A stretch of DNA of 64,000 nt from Anaerolineae bacterium (GTDB lineage: Bacteria > Chloroflexota > Anaerolineae > UBA1429), in assembly GCA_040767425.1 (NCBI GenBank), contig JAXGON010000003.1:22440-86439 (forward strand), written 5' to 3'. The notes beneath the pieces are model-generated. The model had not been told where the DNA came from and made no database searches. It saw only the letters and a list, made by a program, of their open reading frames with translations. How positions within the stretch are numbered: the first letter of the stretch is position 1; the number at the start of each line of letters is the position of its first letter. This document shows positions 18,957 to 28,398 of this stretch, piece by piece. Both the position numbers and the translations under genes were made by a program.

Positions 18957-21002
18957 CTACGAGATCTCGAGTATGGCGTGGACGTCCACCTGCGGGATCT
19001 CGACTACCAGCGTGCCATCCTCCAGCGACCAAACCGGCTCGACGCCGTCAGGCTGCAGCCGCACCGCATTTGGCTGCGAGTCCACGCGCAAGCGGACGGT
19101 CACATCCCGCACGGGCAGTACGCTCTCCACACAGACGTTATTGCCATCCACTGGCCGGTTGCCGTGATGGTTGACCAGGTGCACCAAGCGACGCGGGGGG
19201 CGCTGTGCGGTGGCGGGCTGGCGCGTCAGCACGACCTCTAGCCATGCCGGTGCCTCCACCTCGACTGGCAAATCCGGCGCCAGCGCGCGCAGCAGGTTGG
19301 CCACCACATGCTTCAAGTTCCAGTTGTTCTTGGCCTGATAGGCGCGGAATAGGTCCCCTGCCAGGTAGCAGGCCCATCCCTGACCGTAGGGACGGACGGT
19401 GATGGCCGGGCAGCCGGTATCCTCGCCCACCGGCGACCAGCGTAGCAGCGGCTTACCGTCGCTCCTCAAGTAGATGGCGCGCAGCTTAGCCAACGTCTGA
19501 ACGTCGTCGACCACGGGCTTGGCCAGGGCAAAGGTCGCCTCGGCCAGGTGCGGCATGTCGAGTGTCCCCGGCTCCAGCCTGGGATCGATGACCTCCACAT
19601 AGGCGTGGGTCTGATCATAGACGCCCTCCATCTCCACGCCCAGGACCTCCTCCAGGGCCATGCGGCCGGTGGGCTCAAAGGCATCGTCGAGGGTGCCGCT
19701 GAGACCAGCAGCCACCAGCACGCCCCCATCGCGCACCCAATCGGTGATGCGCGATACCAGGGCTCCCGAGAGATAGCGCTGATCCGGCAGGATGAGCACT
19801 TGGAGCTCGTCCAGCCGCTCGTCCAGGGTGACCTCGTTCATCAGGTGGTAGGGCAGCATGCTCTCGGTGAGCAGACGGTGCGCGCCGCGGGAGCTAGTCT
19901 CGTCGATCCACATGGCCGGTCGGTCCTGCGTCAGGTGGGAGGCCGTGCTATGGAGGACGGCTATGGAGAGCTCTGGTTCGGCGCCCTTGAGCCAAGGCTC
20001 GCGCTCCTGAACGAACCCGAGTGTCTTGCCAAGCTCACCCATCACGGCCGGCTCCACGTCAAAGCGCTCGTTCATCTGGTAGCCGATCCAGGTGAGGCCG
20101 CCATTGGCCAGCGTCGTGGCGACCTCTTGCTGCATGGCAATGGCGGGCTTGCAGCCCCAATCGCCCCACCACTGCAGGAACGCCGTGTTCATGATGTCGA
20201 ACGGCACGCCCAGCAGCGACCAGTACCGCGAAAAGTAACTCCCGTTAAAGGCTTGGTCGTCGGGATAGATATCGGCCACGAGGTTGCCGACGCCCTCGGG
20301 GACGGGCTCGGGCATGCGCGGCGCGTACGCCCAGTTGAACGAGACCACCATATCGGGCTTGATCTCATGGATGGCGTCGCAGATGCGCTGGCGCAGCTCG
20401 CGATAGCGCTCAAGCTCCCAAGCCACCCAGGCCGCCCAGCCCGGCTCATCGGGGCCGGTGGGGATGGGCGCGCCGCCACTGGCCTCGGCCCAGGCGGCCT
20501 GGCAGGCATCGCAGTAGCAGGGTGCGTGCCCATAGGTCCCATCAAAGAACAGCGCGTCGAGATCGTACAGGCGCACGGCCTCGGCGATATGGGGCAGCAT
20601 CCACTCATCGGTAAGCGGCCCCAGCATGCAGATGGACGTCTCGTCGGCCTCGCCCTCGGCATTGACCCGGCGCCACTCGGGATGATCGCGCGCGACGGGC
20701 TCACTGTTGAAGGTATGATAGTAGCCAATGGCCTTCAGGCCGCGTGCGTGGAGAGCGTCGATCTGCTCCTGCACCATGTCGAGGCCCTCGGGCAGGCTGG
20801 GATGCACATAGCGAATCTCGCCCTGGCGATAGAACGAGTAGCCATATCCACCCTTGATAAAGACCGAGACCGCCTCGGCGTTGGCGGCAACCAGGCGATC
20901 GGCCCAACGCGCAGCGTCGAACCCCGCCGCTAGGCCGACCGTGGCCCCGGGGCTGTGAAAGTCGAAAAAGAGCTTGCGGTAGCTGGTGTCATACCATGAC
21001 AT
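18957..21002 (-). CDS. Putative glycoside hydrolase, GHL6/GH42-like (catalytic TIM-barrel-like N-domain plus beta-galactosidase-trimerisation-like domain).
   Basis: N-terminus ..KLFFDFHSP.. resembles the conserved start of 'hypothetical glycosyl hydrolase 6'. Cys cluster CYCDACQ; class-I glutamine-amidotransferase-like middle domain (..GGVLVAAGLSG..). It is the last gene of the sugar ABC operon. RBS GGGAGG before ATG 21002. A paralog lies at 38701-40686. Confidence 0.55.
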   Translation of the reverse strand: MSWYDTSYRKLFFDFHSPGATVGLAAGFDAARWADRLVAANAEAVSVFIKGGYGYSFYRQGEIRYVHPSLPEGLDMVQEQIDALHARGLKAIGYYHTFNSEPVARDHPEWRRVNAEGEADETSICMLGPLTDEWMLPHIAEAVRLYDLDALFFDGTYGHAPCYCDACQAAWAEASGGAPIPTGPDEPGWAAWVAWELERYRELRQRICDAIHEIKPDMVVSFNWAYAPRMPEPVPEGVGNLVADIYPDDQAFNGSYFSRYWSLLGVPFDIMNTAFLQWWGDWGCKPAIAMQQEVATTLANGGLTWIGYQMNERFDVEPAVMGELGKTLGFVQEREPWLKGAEPELSIAVLHSTASHLTQDRPAMWIDETSSRGAHRLLTESMLPYHLMNEVTLDERLDELQVLILPDQRYLSGALVSRITDWVRDGGVLVAAGLSGTLDDAFEPTGRMALEEVLGVEMEGVYDQTHAYVEVIDPRLEPGTLDMPHLAEATFALAKPVVDDVQTLAKLRAIYLRSDGKPLLRWSPVGEDTGCPAITVRPYGQGWACYLAGDLFRAYQAKNNWNLKHVVANLLRALAPDLPVEVEAPAWLEVVLTRQPATAQRPPRRLVHLVNHHGNRPVDGNNVCVESVLPVRDVTVRLRVDSQPNAVRLQPDGVEPVWSLEDGTLVVEIPQVDVHAILEIS

Positions 21003-21027
21003 GGGTGGAATCCTCCCTCGATGCTGA

Positions 21028-21058
21028 GAGAGGGGCCCCGCATGGAGGAGCCCCTCTG
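21028..21058 (-). other. Intra-operon stem-loop between the permease gene and the hydrolase gene.
   Basis: AGAGGGGC (21029-21036) / GCCCCTCT (21050-21057), loop 13 nt, about 25 nt upstream of the downstream start. Confidence 0.35.
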
Positions 21059-21086
21059 GCGGACGTAACTGTGCAGTGAACCCGGG

Positions 21087-21974
21087 CTACATCTTGATGG
21101 CGCCCGAAGTCAGCCCCCGGATAAAGGCACGGCTACTGAGCGAGAACAGCACCAGGAGCGGCAGCCCCGCGATGACGTACCCGGCATACTGTGCGCCGGG
21201 ATCACGCTGCGTGATGAGCTCGCCCAACCGCAGCACCCCCAAGATGGCCGGATAGCGCGTCGGGTCCGACAGCACCATGATAGGCCAGATATACTCGCTA
21301 TAGACGCCATTGATCTGCAGGACGATCAGCGTGGTCAGGATCGGCGTCGCCAGCGGCAGCGCGATGGTGCGCAGCATCCGACCCTCGCTAGCGCCGTCCA
21401 GCCGGCCCGCCTCGAACATTTCCTCCGGGATGGAAGCAAAGAATGTCCGTAACACAATGATCTGGAACGCCTGCGCGCCTGCCGCCATAGGAAGCCAGAC
21501 GCCGGGATAGGTGTTGTTGAGCTTCATGTTGACCACCACCACGAAACGGGGAATCAGCGTCAAGATACCCGGGATCATCATCAGGCCTAGGATGGCTATG
21601 AAAAAGAACTCGCGTCCGGGGAACGGATACCGGGCCAAGGCAAAAGCGGAAAAGATGCTGCAAATGATGCTCACCGTCACCGTACCCAAGACGAACACGG
21701 CGCTATTGATCATGTACGGCCCCATGACGCGGGACGCCTTCACATAGTTGACCCAACGGAAAGGCAGCGTCGGCAACCACATCGAATCGGCCATCTGCTG
21801 CTCGCTCTTGAGCGAGAGCTGCAACAGCATCAGGACCGGCACGAACGTGAGAAAGCCAAGGACCCCCAGAATGATGCTCAACACCACGTCGCCGGGGATG
21901 CGAAAGCGCCGACGCGGAGGCGCAACCCTCTTGGGGGATGTAGCGCGCGTCATATCGGCTGTGCTCATGCTCAC
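21087..21974 (-). CDS. Carbohydrate ABC transporter permease (MalG/LacG-type inner-membrane component).
   Basis: 6 TM helices; EAA-loop (EAGRLDGASEGRMLRTIALPLATP). Confidence 0.85.
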   Translation of the reverse strand: MSMSTADMTRATSPKRVAPPRRRFRIPGDVVLSIILGVLGFLTFVPVLMLLQLSLKSEQQMADSMWLPTLPFRWVNYVKASRVMGPYMINSAVFVLGTVTVSIICSIFSAFALARYPFPGREFFFIAILGLMMIPGILTLIPRFVVVVNMKLNNTYPGVWLPMAAGAQAFQIIVLRTFFASIPEEMFEAGRLDGASEGRMLRTIALPLATPILTTLIVLQINGVYSEYIWPIMVLSDPTRYPAILGVLRLGELITQRDPGAQYAGYVIAGLPLLVLFSLSSRAFIRGLTSGAIKM

Positions 21975-21977
21975 CCC

Positions 21978-22925
21978 CTAGTGTGCCTCGTACTCGATGT
22001 CAGTGCGGATGGCGGCTTGATTGATCAGCGTGAGCGAAAAGATGAGTATGAAGAGGACCACGCCGATGGCGCAGGCCACGCCGTAGCGCCCCTCATTCAT
22101 GGCTGCCTTGTACATGGACCAAGCTGGCACGGTAGTCGCCCCTGCAGGGCCACCTCGCGTCACCAACAGCTGCCAGCCGAAATCCTGAAAGGAGCCGATG
22201 ACGTTGAGGATGACAATGAGCCGGATCTGCGGGATGATCAGAGGCAGCTCCATGGAAAAGAAGCGCCGCACCGTGCCGGCGCCGTCCATGATGGCGGCCT
22301 CGATGATCTCCAGCGGGATGGCGAGAAACCCTGCCAAATAGATGAGCAAACCCACGCCATCGATCCACGGGAACCCCATAAAGATCAGCGAGAACAGGGC
22401 CGTGTCCGGGCTATTAAGCCAGGCCAGGGGCTTCATGCCGAGGCCAACGAGGATCTCGTTAAACAGGCCAACGTTGGGCTCATAGAGCTGCCGCCATACC
22501 AGAATGCCGACCAGTCCTGGAACCACGATGGGCAGCACAAAGAGCAGCCGGAAAAAGTAGGCGACCTTCTCGCTCTTGACGCGGTAGAGCAGAGCCGCGC
22601 CCAGCAATGGAAACACCGACGAGCGGAAGATCTGCCAGGCCGCCAGAATGAACATGTTGCGGAAGCCCTTCTCAAAGATCTCCGTCGACGTAAAGATGTA
22701 CCGGTAGTTCTTGATTCCCACCCATTGGGGAGGCCGGAAGCCGTCCCAGTTGGTGAATGAGTGATAAAAAGCAGAAAATGCAGGATAATAAGCAAAAGTC
22801 AAGAGCAGTGCAAACGTGCCGGACATCATAGCATAGCAGTACCAGTACCGGCGCACGTTCCGTACTAGCTCCGACCATCTGGTACGCTCGTGGACGATGG
22901 CGTGCCCCTCTCGGGTAGCATCCAT
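21978..22925 (-). CDS. Carbohydrate ABC transporter permease (MalF/LacF-type).
   Basis: 6 TM helices; EAA motif EAAIMDGAGTVRRFFSMELPLI. A 3-nt gap separates it from the downstream permease. Confidence 0.85.
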   Translation of the reverse strand: MDATREGHAIVHERTRWSELVRNVRRYWYCYAMMSGTFALLLTFAYYPAFSAFYHSFTNWDGFRPPQWVGIKNYRYIFTSTEIFEKGFRNMFILAAWQIFRSSVFPLLGAALLYRVKSEKVAYFFRLLFVLPIVVPGLVGILVWRQLYEPNVGLFNEILVGLGMKPLAWLNSPDTALFSLIFMGFPWIDGVGLLIYLAGFLAIPLEIIEAAIMDGAGTVRRFFSMELPLIIPQIRLIVILNVIGSFQDFGWQLLVTRGGPAGATTVPAWSMYKAAMNEGRYGVACAIGVVLFILIFSLTLINQAAIRTDIEYEAH

Positions 22926-23008
22926 GGGCTATTTACCTCTCTAGCGGCCACGGTCCGGCAGGCTGGCTGCCGGACCGTGCAATAGTCTCCGTTACCTAGG
23001 CCAACTGA

Positions 23009-24508
23009 TTACTCGGTGACCCAGTCCGGGTTGACCTCGAGGACTTTGTCCACCTCGGCGTCCAGCTTTTCCTTGGCCAGTTGGAGGAACTGGTCGTCGT
23101 TCATGTCACTGGGCAGGTACTTCTGCCACAGATCGCACTCGGCGTTCAGGGCGCTGGCGGATAGCGTCTGCCAGCTCTGGTACGGGACGGCCCGATCGTA
23201 TGGCTCATAGAACGGGGCCAGCTCGGGCAGGCCCTCGGCACCATAGGTCAGCGGCACGAGGCCGGTCTCCTTGCAGATGGAGCCGACGTGCTCGGGTACA
23301 CTGGACCACATCAACCAGTCCATGATCACGTCGACCCTGGCCGGATCGGTTTGCGCCAGATAGCCGGGCACGTGGTACTGCATGGCGCCCCAAGCGCCCT
23401 GGATGCGCACCACCTTTTCGGGCGCCGCCGGCCAGATGTCCTTGGTGATGATGGGGAACGCGAGCCAGTTAAAGCCATGGGGCGGCGGATCATTCTTGAG
23501 CTGGCTGACGCCCCAGTTGCCCTCCATGTACATGGCCAGGTTGCCCTGCCGCCAGAGCTGCGGCAGATCCAGCTCGCCCTCGTATCCCAGCGGGAAGTAG
23601 GGCGTCAGCTCCTTGAACAGATGGGCAAACTTCAGGAAAGCGTCCCAATCCGGAAAGAGGCCCTCGTCATAGCTGAGAACGAGGTCCTTGGCGGTGATGA
23701 CTTTGTTGCCATCGTGATCCCAGTCGTAGATGGTGTCCCACACAAGCTGGTTATAGATATGAGCGGAGGCCCAGTGCGGGAAGCAGCAGTTCTCAGGCGA
23801 GAGGTCCGCGCCGTATGGGATATAGCCCGCATCGAGCAGCGCCTGCCAGACATCCTTGAACTCGCCCCACGTCCGTGGCTCTTCAGTGATGCCGGCTTCC
23901 TCAAAGGCATCGGTGTTATAGAGCGTCATCACGCCGGCGCCGTCCATGTTTACGCCGTAGAGCTTGCCGTCAGGCCCCGTCTGGGAGATGATGGCCACCT
24001 CTTCGAACTGGTCGAACCAGCGCTCGTTTCCCTCCACGTACGGGTTGGGCAACTCGGCCCAAGGATCAAAGGCCAGCGCCCATCCCTTGGGGATGTGCGG
24101 CCAGAGGTCCTCCGTATTGGACCAGTAGATGTCGGGGGCATCCTGCGCGATCATCCGCGCCGTCAGCCACTCCATTACGTTGGAGCCAGCAGGGAATCGG
24201 TACCACTCGATCTCCACGTTCGGGTGATCCGCCATATAGGCGTCCTTGATCTTGTCATAGGCCACCTTGCGGACCTGGCCCGGCTCGAGCTCGGCGTCCG
24301 GCGGCGTCGGCTCGGCCGATTGCGCCCAGTGCTGGATGGTGATGGTCTCGGCGACCTCTTCGGCCGGCGCAGCGGTAGCTACCTCTTCCTCAGCCTCCGG
24401 CGCCGCCGTGGGCGTAGCGCTCGGCGCGCAAGCGGCGGCCATGGCGCCCACGGCGGTAAGGCCCAGCGCCTTGAGCAGATCGCGGCGACTCATGCTAAGC
24501 TTGGACAT
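23009..24508 (-). CDS. Extracellular solute-binding protein of a sugar ABC transporter (family 1), Tat-signal lipoprotein-like.
   Basis: MSKLSMSRRDLLKALGLTAVGAMAAACAPS (twin-arginine motif plus lipobox-like AAC), Ala/Pro/Glu-rich linker, then an SBP_bac_1-like domain. Confidence 0.85.
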   Translation of the reverse strand: MSKLSMSRRDLLKALGLTAVGAMAAACAPSATPTAAPEAEEEVATAAPAEEVAETITIQHWAQSAEPTPPDAELEPGQVRKVAYDKIKDAYMADHPNVEIEWYRFPAGSNVMEWLTARMIAQDAPDIYWSNTEDLWPHIPKGWALAFDPWAELPNPYVEGNERWFDQFEEVAIISQTGPDGKLYGVNMDGAGVMTLYNTDAFEEAGITEEPRTWGEFKDVWQALLDAGYIPYGADLSPENCCFPHWASAHIYNQLVWDTIYDWDHDGNKVITAKDLVLSYDEGLFPDWDAFLKFAHLFKELTPYFPLGYEGELDLPQLWRQGNLAMYMEGNWGVSQLKNDPPPHGFNWLAFPIITKDIWPAAPEKVVRIQGAWGAMQYHVPGYLAQTDPARVDVIMDWLMWSSVPEHVGSICKETGLVPLTYGAEGLPELAPFYEPYDRAVPYQSWQTLSASALNAECDLWQKYLPSDMNDDQFLQLAKEKLDAEVDKVLEVNPDWVTE

Positions 24509-24726
24509 TCTTGCTCCTCCTCTGAATTGAATCCGGCGACACGACTCGAATGTGCACGGTAATCAATCTCCGGCAGACTCCCTCCCCCAACGTGCCGCAG
24601 GCGGCGATCGCCTCCCACACAACCTAACCCCAAGATATCACAATCACGCAGCCGGTGACTGACAAATGACTGACATCGCAGTGCAAGCCTTCCGTGATCG
24701 ATCTACTGCCGTCAACCACGCGAGGC

Positions 24727-26928
24727 TCAGCCCGCGTCTTCCTCATCAGCGTACGAGGGGCGCAGTGCCATCAGCAGCCTCGGCACTAGGTCCACCACCA
24801 GTGGCGTAGGAATGCCCCGGGCTTGATGGATCGAAAAGTGCCCCTGCGCGTGCTGTAGCAGCTCGTGCACATAGTCGGTGGCCGTCACGCCGATCACCTT
24901 GACCTCACGCCCGAATGCTGCTCCCCGCAGCCGCTCCAGCACCTCGAATCCACTGATGCCCGGCAGCACCATGTCGAGCAACACCAGGTCCGGGCGCGAC
25001 TCCTCCGCGATGGCCAAGCCCTGCTCGCCGCTGGACGCCGTGAGCACCCGGCGATCGTTGCCCGCCCCCTCCAAGAAGCGCGTCATCAAGTTGAGGAATC
25101 CGCGGCTGTCATCGATCACCAGCACATTGTGTGCATCGGGCGCCACGCGCTCCAGGGCAGCCATCAAGTTGCCCTGCGATACCGGCTTGATCAAGACAGC
25201 ATCCAGGCCCGTCCCGTTGGCGCTTTGCATCCAGCTCGGGCTGGGGATAGAACAGCGGATCACGGGAAGGTTGTAGCGTCCTGCCAGCGCCGTAGCACTC
25301 CCGTACCATGCCTCCGCCGGCGCGTCTGGCGCCAGGTTGACCAGCAGCCCGCCAGGATGCTCGCGCTGAATCACCCCATCGGCCTCGTCCAGATCGGCCA
25401 CCGGCACGATCTGCCGATCTCCAAGGTAGCGCCGCATCATATCGCCAAAGGTTGGGTCGGGGTCCACCACCACCACGGGAGCCTGCTCCTCGGGATGAGG
25501 CGGTCGTTCAGGGATCTGGCGCAGCGCCTCGGTCTCAGCCTCGGTCCACGGCAGCGGCAGCGACACGAAAAAGGTGCTGCCTTTGCCCGGGGTACTCTCG
25601 GCCCACATGCTTCCGCCATGCAGCTCCACGAACCGACGACTGAGGGACAACCCCAGGCCAGCTCCCTCTCGTCGGCGCGTGGTCATATCGGCCTGACGAA
25701 ACTCGTCAAAAATCACGTCCATCTGGTCGGGCGCGATCCCCACGCCGGTGTCTCTCACCTCTAGCAAGACGTCAGCCTCGCGCACCTGCACGGCGATCGT
25801 AATACCGCCTTGGTCCGTATAGCGGGCGGCATTGTTCAGCAGGTTGAGCAGCACCTGGCGAATGCGCGTCCGATCCAAAAAGAGCGCCGGCGGGTCGCCA
25901 TCTCGCTCCAGCCGCACCCACAGGTGGCGCTGGTCTAGAAGCGGCCTTACTGTCTCGAGCGCCTCTTGGACGATCTCGTGCAGATTGTGCCACTCGCGGA
26001 ACATGGGCAGGGCCGCGGCGTCGATGCGCGACAGGTCAAGGACGTCGTTCACCAAGTCTTGCAGGTGCCGGCTAGTTCGGTAGAGCTGCCGTAGGTCGTC
26101 CTCAAAGGACGGCGTCAACGCCACGCCGGGGTAGCTCTCTGGCTCGAGATACATCAGCTCGGCGAACCCAACGATCACGTTCAGCGGCGTTCGCAGCTCG
26201 TGGCTAACGTTGGCCACAAAGCGCTCCTTGATCACCCGCGCATCCTCGGCCTCTCGCCGCGCTGCGCGAAGCTCCTGGTTGGAGCGCTGCAGCCGCACAT
26301 AGGCCTCGTCCAGCGCCTTGAGAGCGCGGTTCAGTTCTCCCTGGTGATCCCGAAGCTGCTCGATGCGGTTGCGCTGCGTGTCGGCCAGGTCGCGCTCCAG
26401 CGTGTCCATGGTGCCAAGGGCCTCATCAGCTAGATAGCCAAACGCGGTAGTGGAGAGCCACACGCCCACCCAGTGGGCAAACTCGGCCGGCACGCCCAGG
26501 GGACGCTGCAAGATGAGCGCCTCCCCCAGCGCCAGCGCGGCCACAACGAGGCCTCCCCACCTCCCTAGCAGCATCCCGGCAAAGAGCGGCAGAAACGCGA
26601 CGCGCAACAGCGACGCCGTGATCCCGTGCTGTAAAGCCACAAAGGGTTGGAGTGCGGCCTGGCCGGCGAGGAGGAGAATCGCAGCCCACAGGGTGGCCCG
26701 GTCGCGCAGCCAGAAGACTCCCACCGCTACCAGCGTTCCCAAGCCCAGCGTAACATAGCCAGGCAAGCCAAAGTCGCTCACGTTGGTGCCATAAGGCAAG
26801 ACGAGCCAGACGTCATAGAAAACGAGGATGGCAGCCACCAGCAGGAGGCGGCGCCGAAAGGCAACCAGTTCGGTGGTAGCGTACCTGGCATCGGGGGCTA
26901 TCCGCCTAGTGGCCACAAGTTCCTCCAC
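24727..26928 (-). CDS. Hybrid sensor histidine kinase / response regulator (membrane sensor, HisKA, HATPase_c, two receiver-like C-terminal domains).
   Basis: N-terminal multi-TM sensor; H-box HELRTPLNVIVGFAELM; N/G1/G2 boxes (..LLNLLNNAARYT.., ..DTGVGI.., GAGLGLSL); C-terminal REC (..LVIDDSRGF.. and ..LVLLDMVLPGISGFEVL..). Probable GTG start. Confidence 0.8.
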   Translation of the reverse strand: MEELVATRRIAPDARYATTELVAFRRRLLLVAAILVFYDVWLVLPYGTNVSDFGLPGYVTLGLGTLVAVGVFWLRDRATLWAAILLLAGQAALQPFVALQHGITASLLRVAFLPLFAGMLLGRWGGLVVAALALGEALILQRPLGVPAEFAHWVGVWLSTTAFGYLADEALGTMDTLERDLADTQRNRIEQLRDHQGELNRALKALDEAYVRLQRSNQELRAARREAEDARVIKERFVANVSHELRTPLNVIVGFAELMYLEPESYPGVALTPSFEDDLRQLYRTSRHLQDLVNDVLDLSRIDAAALPMFREWHNLHEIVQEALETVRPLLDQRHLWVRLERDGDPPALFLDRTRIRQVLLNLLNNAARYTDQGGITIAVQVREADVLLEVRDTGVGIAPDQMDVIFDEFRQADMTTRRREGAGLGLSLSRRFVELHGGSMWAESTPGKGSTFFVSLPLPWTEAETEALRQIPERPPHPEEQAPVVVVDPDPTFGDMMRRYLGDRQIVPVADLDEADGVIQREHPGGLLVNLAPDAPAEAWYGSATALAGRYNLPVIRCSIPSPSWMQSANGTGLDAVLIKPVSQGNLMAALERVAPDAHNVLVIDDSRGFLNLMTRFLEGAGNDRRVLTASSGEQGLAIAEESRPDLVLLDMVLPGISGFEVLERLRGAAFGREVKVIGVTATDYVHELLQHAQGHFSIHQARGIPTPLVVDLVPRLLMALRPSYADEEDAG

Positions 26929-26945
26929 TCGCCTGGGGAGACGTG

Positions 26946-28184
26946 TCAGCCGGCGTCGGAGGGATCCTGGCCCAGCACCTGTTCCAGGGTGCGCACCAGC
27001 GCAGCCCGGCGCACCGGCTTGAGCAAAAAGGCATCGGCGCCGAGAGCGAACGCCAGCTCGGGGTCATCGATCACCGAGCAGACCACCACGCGCGCCGCCT
27101 TGCCGGCCTCGCGTTCGCGGATGGCGCCCAGGACGTCCCAGCCATCGTGTTCTGGCATCATGATATCGAGGATGACCACGTCCGGCCGCAGCTCCTCTAA
27201 CTTGGCCAAGGCGGTTGGCATATCGGCGGCAGCGTGCACCCGGATGGGCAACGATTGGAGATACCGGGCAAACAACGCCGTCAGACCAGCGTTGTCATCC
27301 ACTATCAGGAGACGATAGTCGTCATTCAAGTCAAGCCGCACTTGAACGCAGACCCGACCGGTATCCGCCTTGTGTACGGATGTCTCCGCGCCCAAAGACG
27401 CAAACAAGCCTTGAGAGACAGCATACGGCTGCGAGGGATCGGCTTCCATCTCACGGTCCGCCGGACGATATACAAAGTCCAGCACCGCCGACGGGCCCTG
27501 CCGCGTTACCTCCAAGCTGACTTCCCCGCCCTCCTGGTGACGCACCATATGGCTGAGCAGGTTCAGCACCGCCTGACGGAGCATCACCCGGTTGACCGCG
27601 GCTGGCAGGCTGGTGACCATGGCATAGAACCGAACGTCAATCCCCTGCTGGGCTCCCAGTTGCCGCGCCTTGTCCACCGCCTCGCGTAACAGCGGCACTA
27701 GGTCGTTCTGGGTGGCTTGGGTGCGAGCCAGACGCTCCACTTCCTGATGGAGCTGGGTTAGGTCGCGCATGGGCGGCGACCCCGATGCGAGCTCGCGCGA
27801 TACGATGGCAGCCAGCGCCTCGACGCCACGACGAAGCTCGCGATAGGCCTGCCTCTCGCCGATACCCAGATCCTGGGCTACCTTGATGACCGGCTGATCC
27901 CCGATATAGTGCCGACACACGACCTCATAGGGCCGCGCCTCGGGGGCGTTGGCAGGGATGCCGGGATCGGGCTGCATCGCCTCGATGGCTCCCCGCAGCA
28001 TCCGCCGCAGCGCCTGGCCGCGGGTGACGCCCAGCGCCTCGGCCACGGGAATGGCACGCTCCGCCAGCGGGTGATTCTCCAGGTAGGCCCGGTCATGCCA
28101 GCGCTGCAGAACGGAGCGTAGCATCGCCTGCAGCTCCTGCTCACTGGGTTCGGTTCCTTCAGGCGGCCTCTCGTTCGTCGACAT
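26946..28184 (-). CDS. Two-component regulator: N-terminal sigma-70 region-4-like HTH, HATPase-like core and C-terminal receiver domain.
   Basis: ..IGDQPVIKVAQDLGIGERQAYRELRRGVEALA.. (HTH); ..LNLLSHMVRH.. (kinase-like N box); C-terminal ..LLIVDDNAGL..VVILDIMMPEHDGWDVL.. (REC). 17 nt upstream of the hybrid HK. Confidence 0.6.
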   Translation of the reverse strand: MSTNERPPEGTEPSEQELQAMLRSVLQRWHDRAYLENHPLAERAIPVAEALGVTRGQALRRMLRGAIEAMQPDPGIPANAPEARPYEVVCRHYIGDQPVIKVAQDLGIGERQAYRELRRGVEALAAIVSRELASGSPPMRDLTQLHQEVERLARTQATQNDLVPLLREAVDKARQLGAQQGIDVRFYAMVTSLPAAVNRVMLRQAVLNLLSHMVRHQEGGEVSLEVTRQGPSAVLDFVYRPADREMEADPSQPYAVSQGLFASLGAETSVHKADTGRVCVQVRLDLNDDYRLLIVDDNAGLTALFARYLQSLPIRVHAAADMPTALAKLEELRPDVVILDIMMPEHDGWDVLGAIREREAGKAARVVVCSVIDDPELAFALGADAFLLKPVRRAALVRTLEQVLGQDPSDAG

Positions 28185-28398
28185 GGCCTGATTCTAGGAG
28201 CCCGCCCATACTCGGTCAAAGGCGCGCATCCCGCCTGCGCGCCTTGACGTGACAACGCCGGTGCACCAAGATCAGGGTCAAATCTTGCCCAGGGGCGGGC
28301 GTCCAAGCAGCCGCCGGACCGGCCGCGCGGGACCAGACCGGCCGGCCACAAGCCAATGCTGACACCCTGCCATGTTCCTACGCGCGAGGAGGACCCAA

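Noticed and set aside
19548-20933. 461-aa plus-strand ORF inside the GHL6-like hydrolase gene
   Set aside because: Antisense low-complexity ORF (..GRAATGLGPGGLAG..). The minus-strand frame carries coherent domain-like sequence.
23288-24562. 424-aa plus-strand ORF opposite the SBP gene
   Set aside because: Antisense. The minus-strand product has a clear Tat signal and SBP fold.
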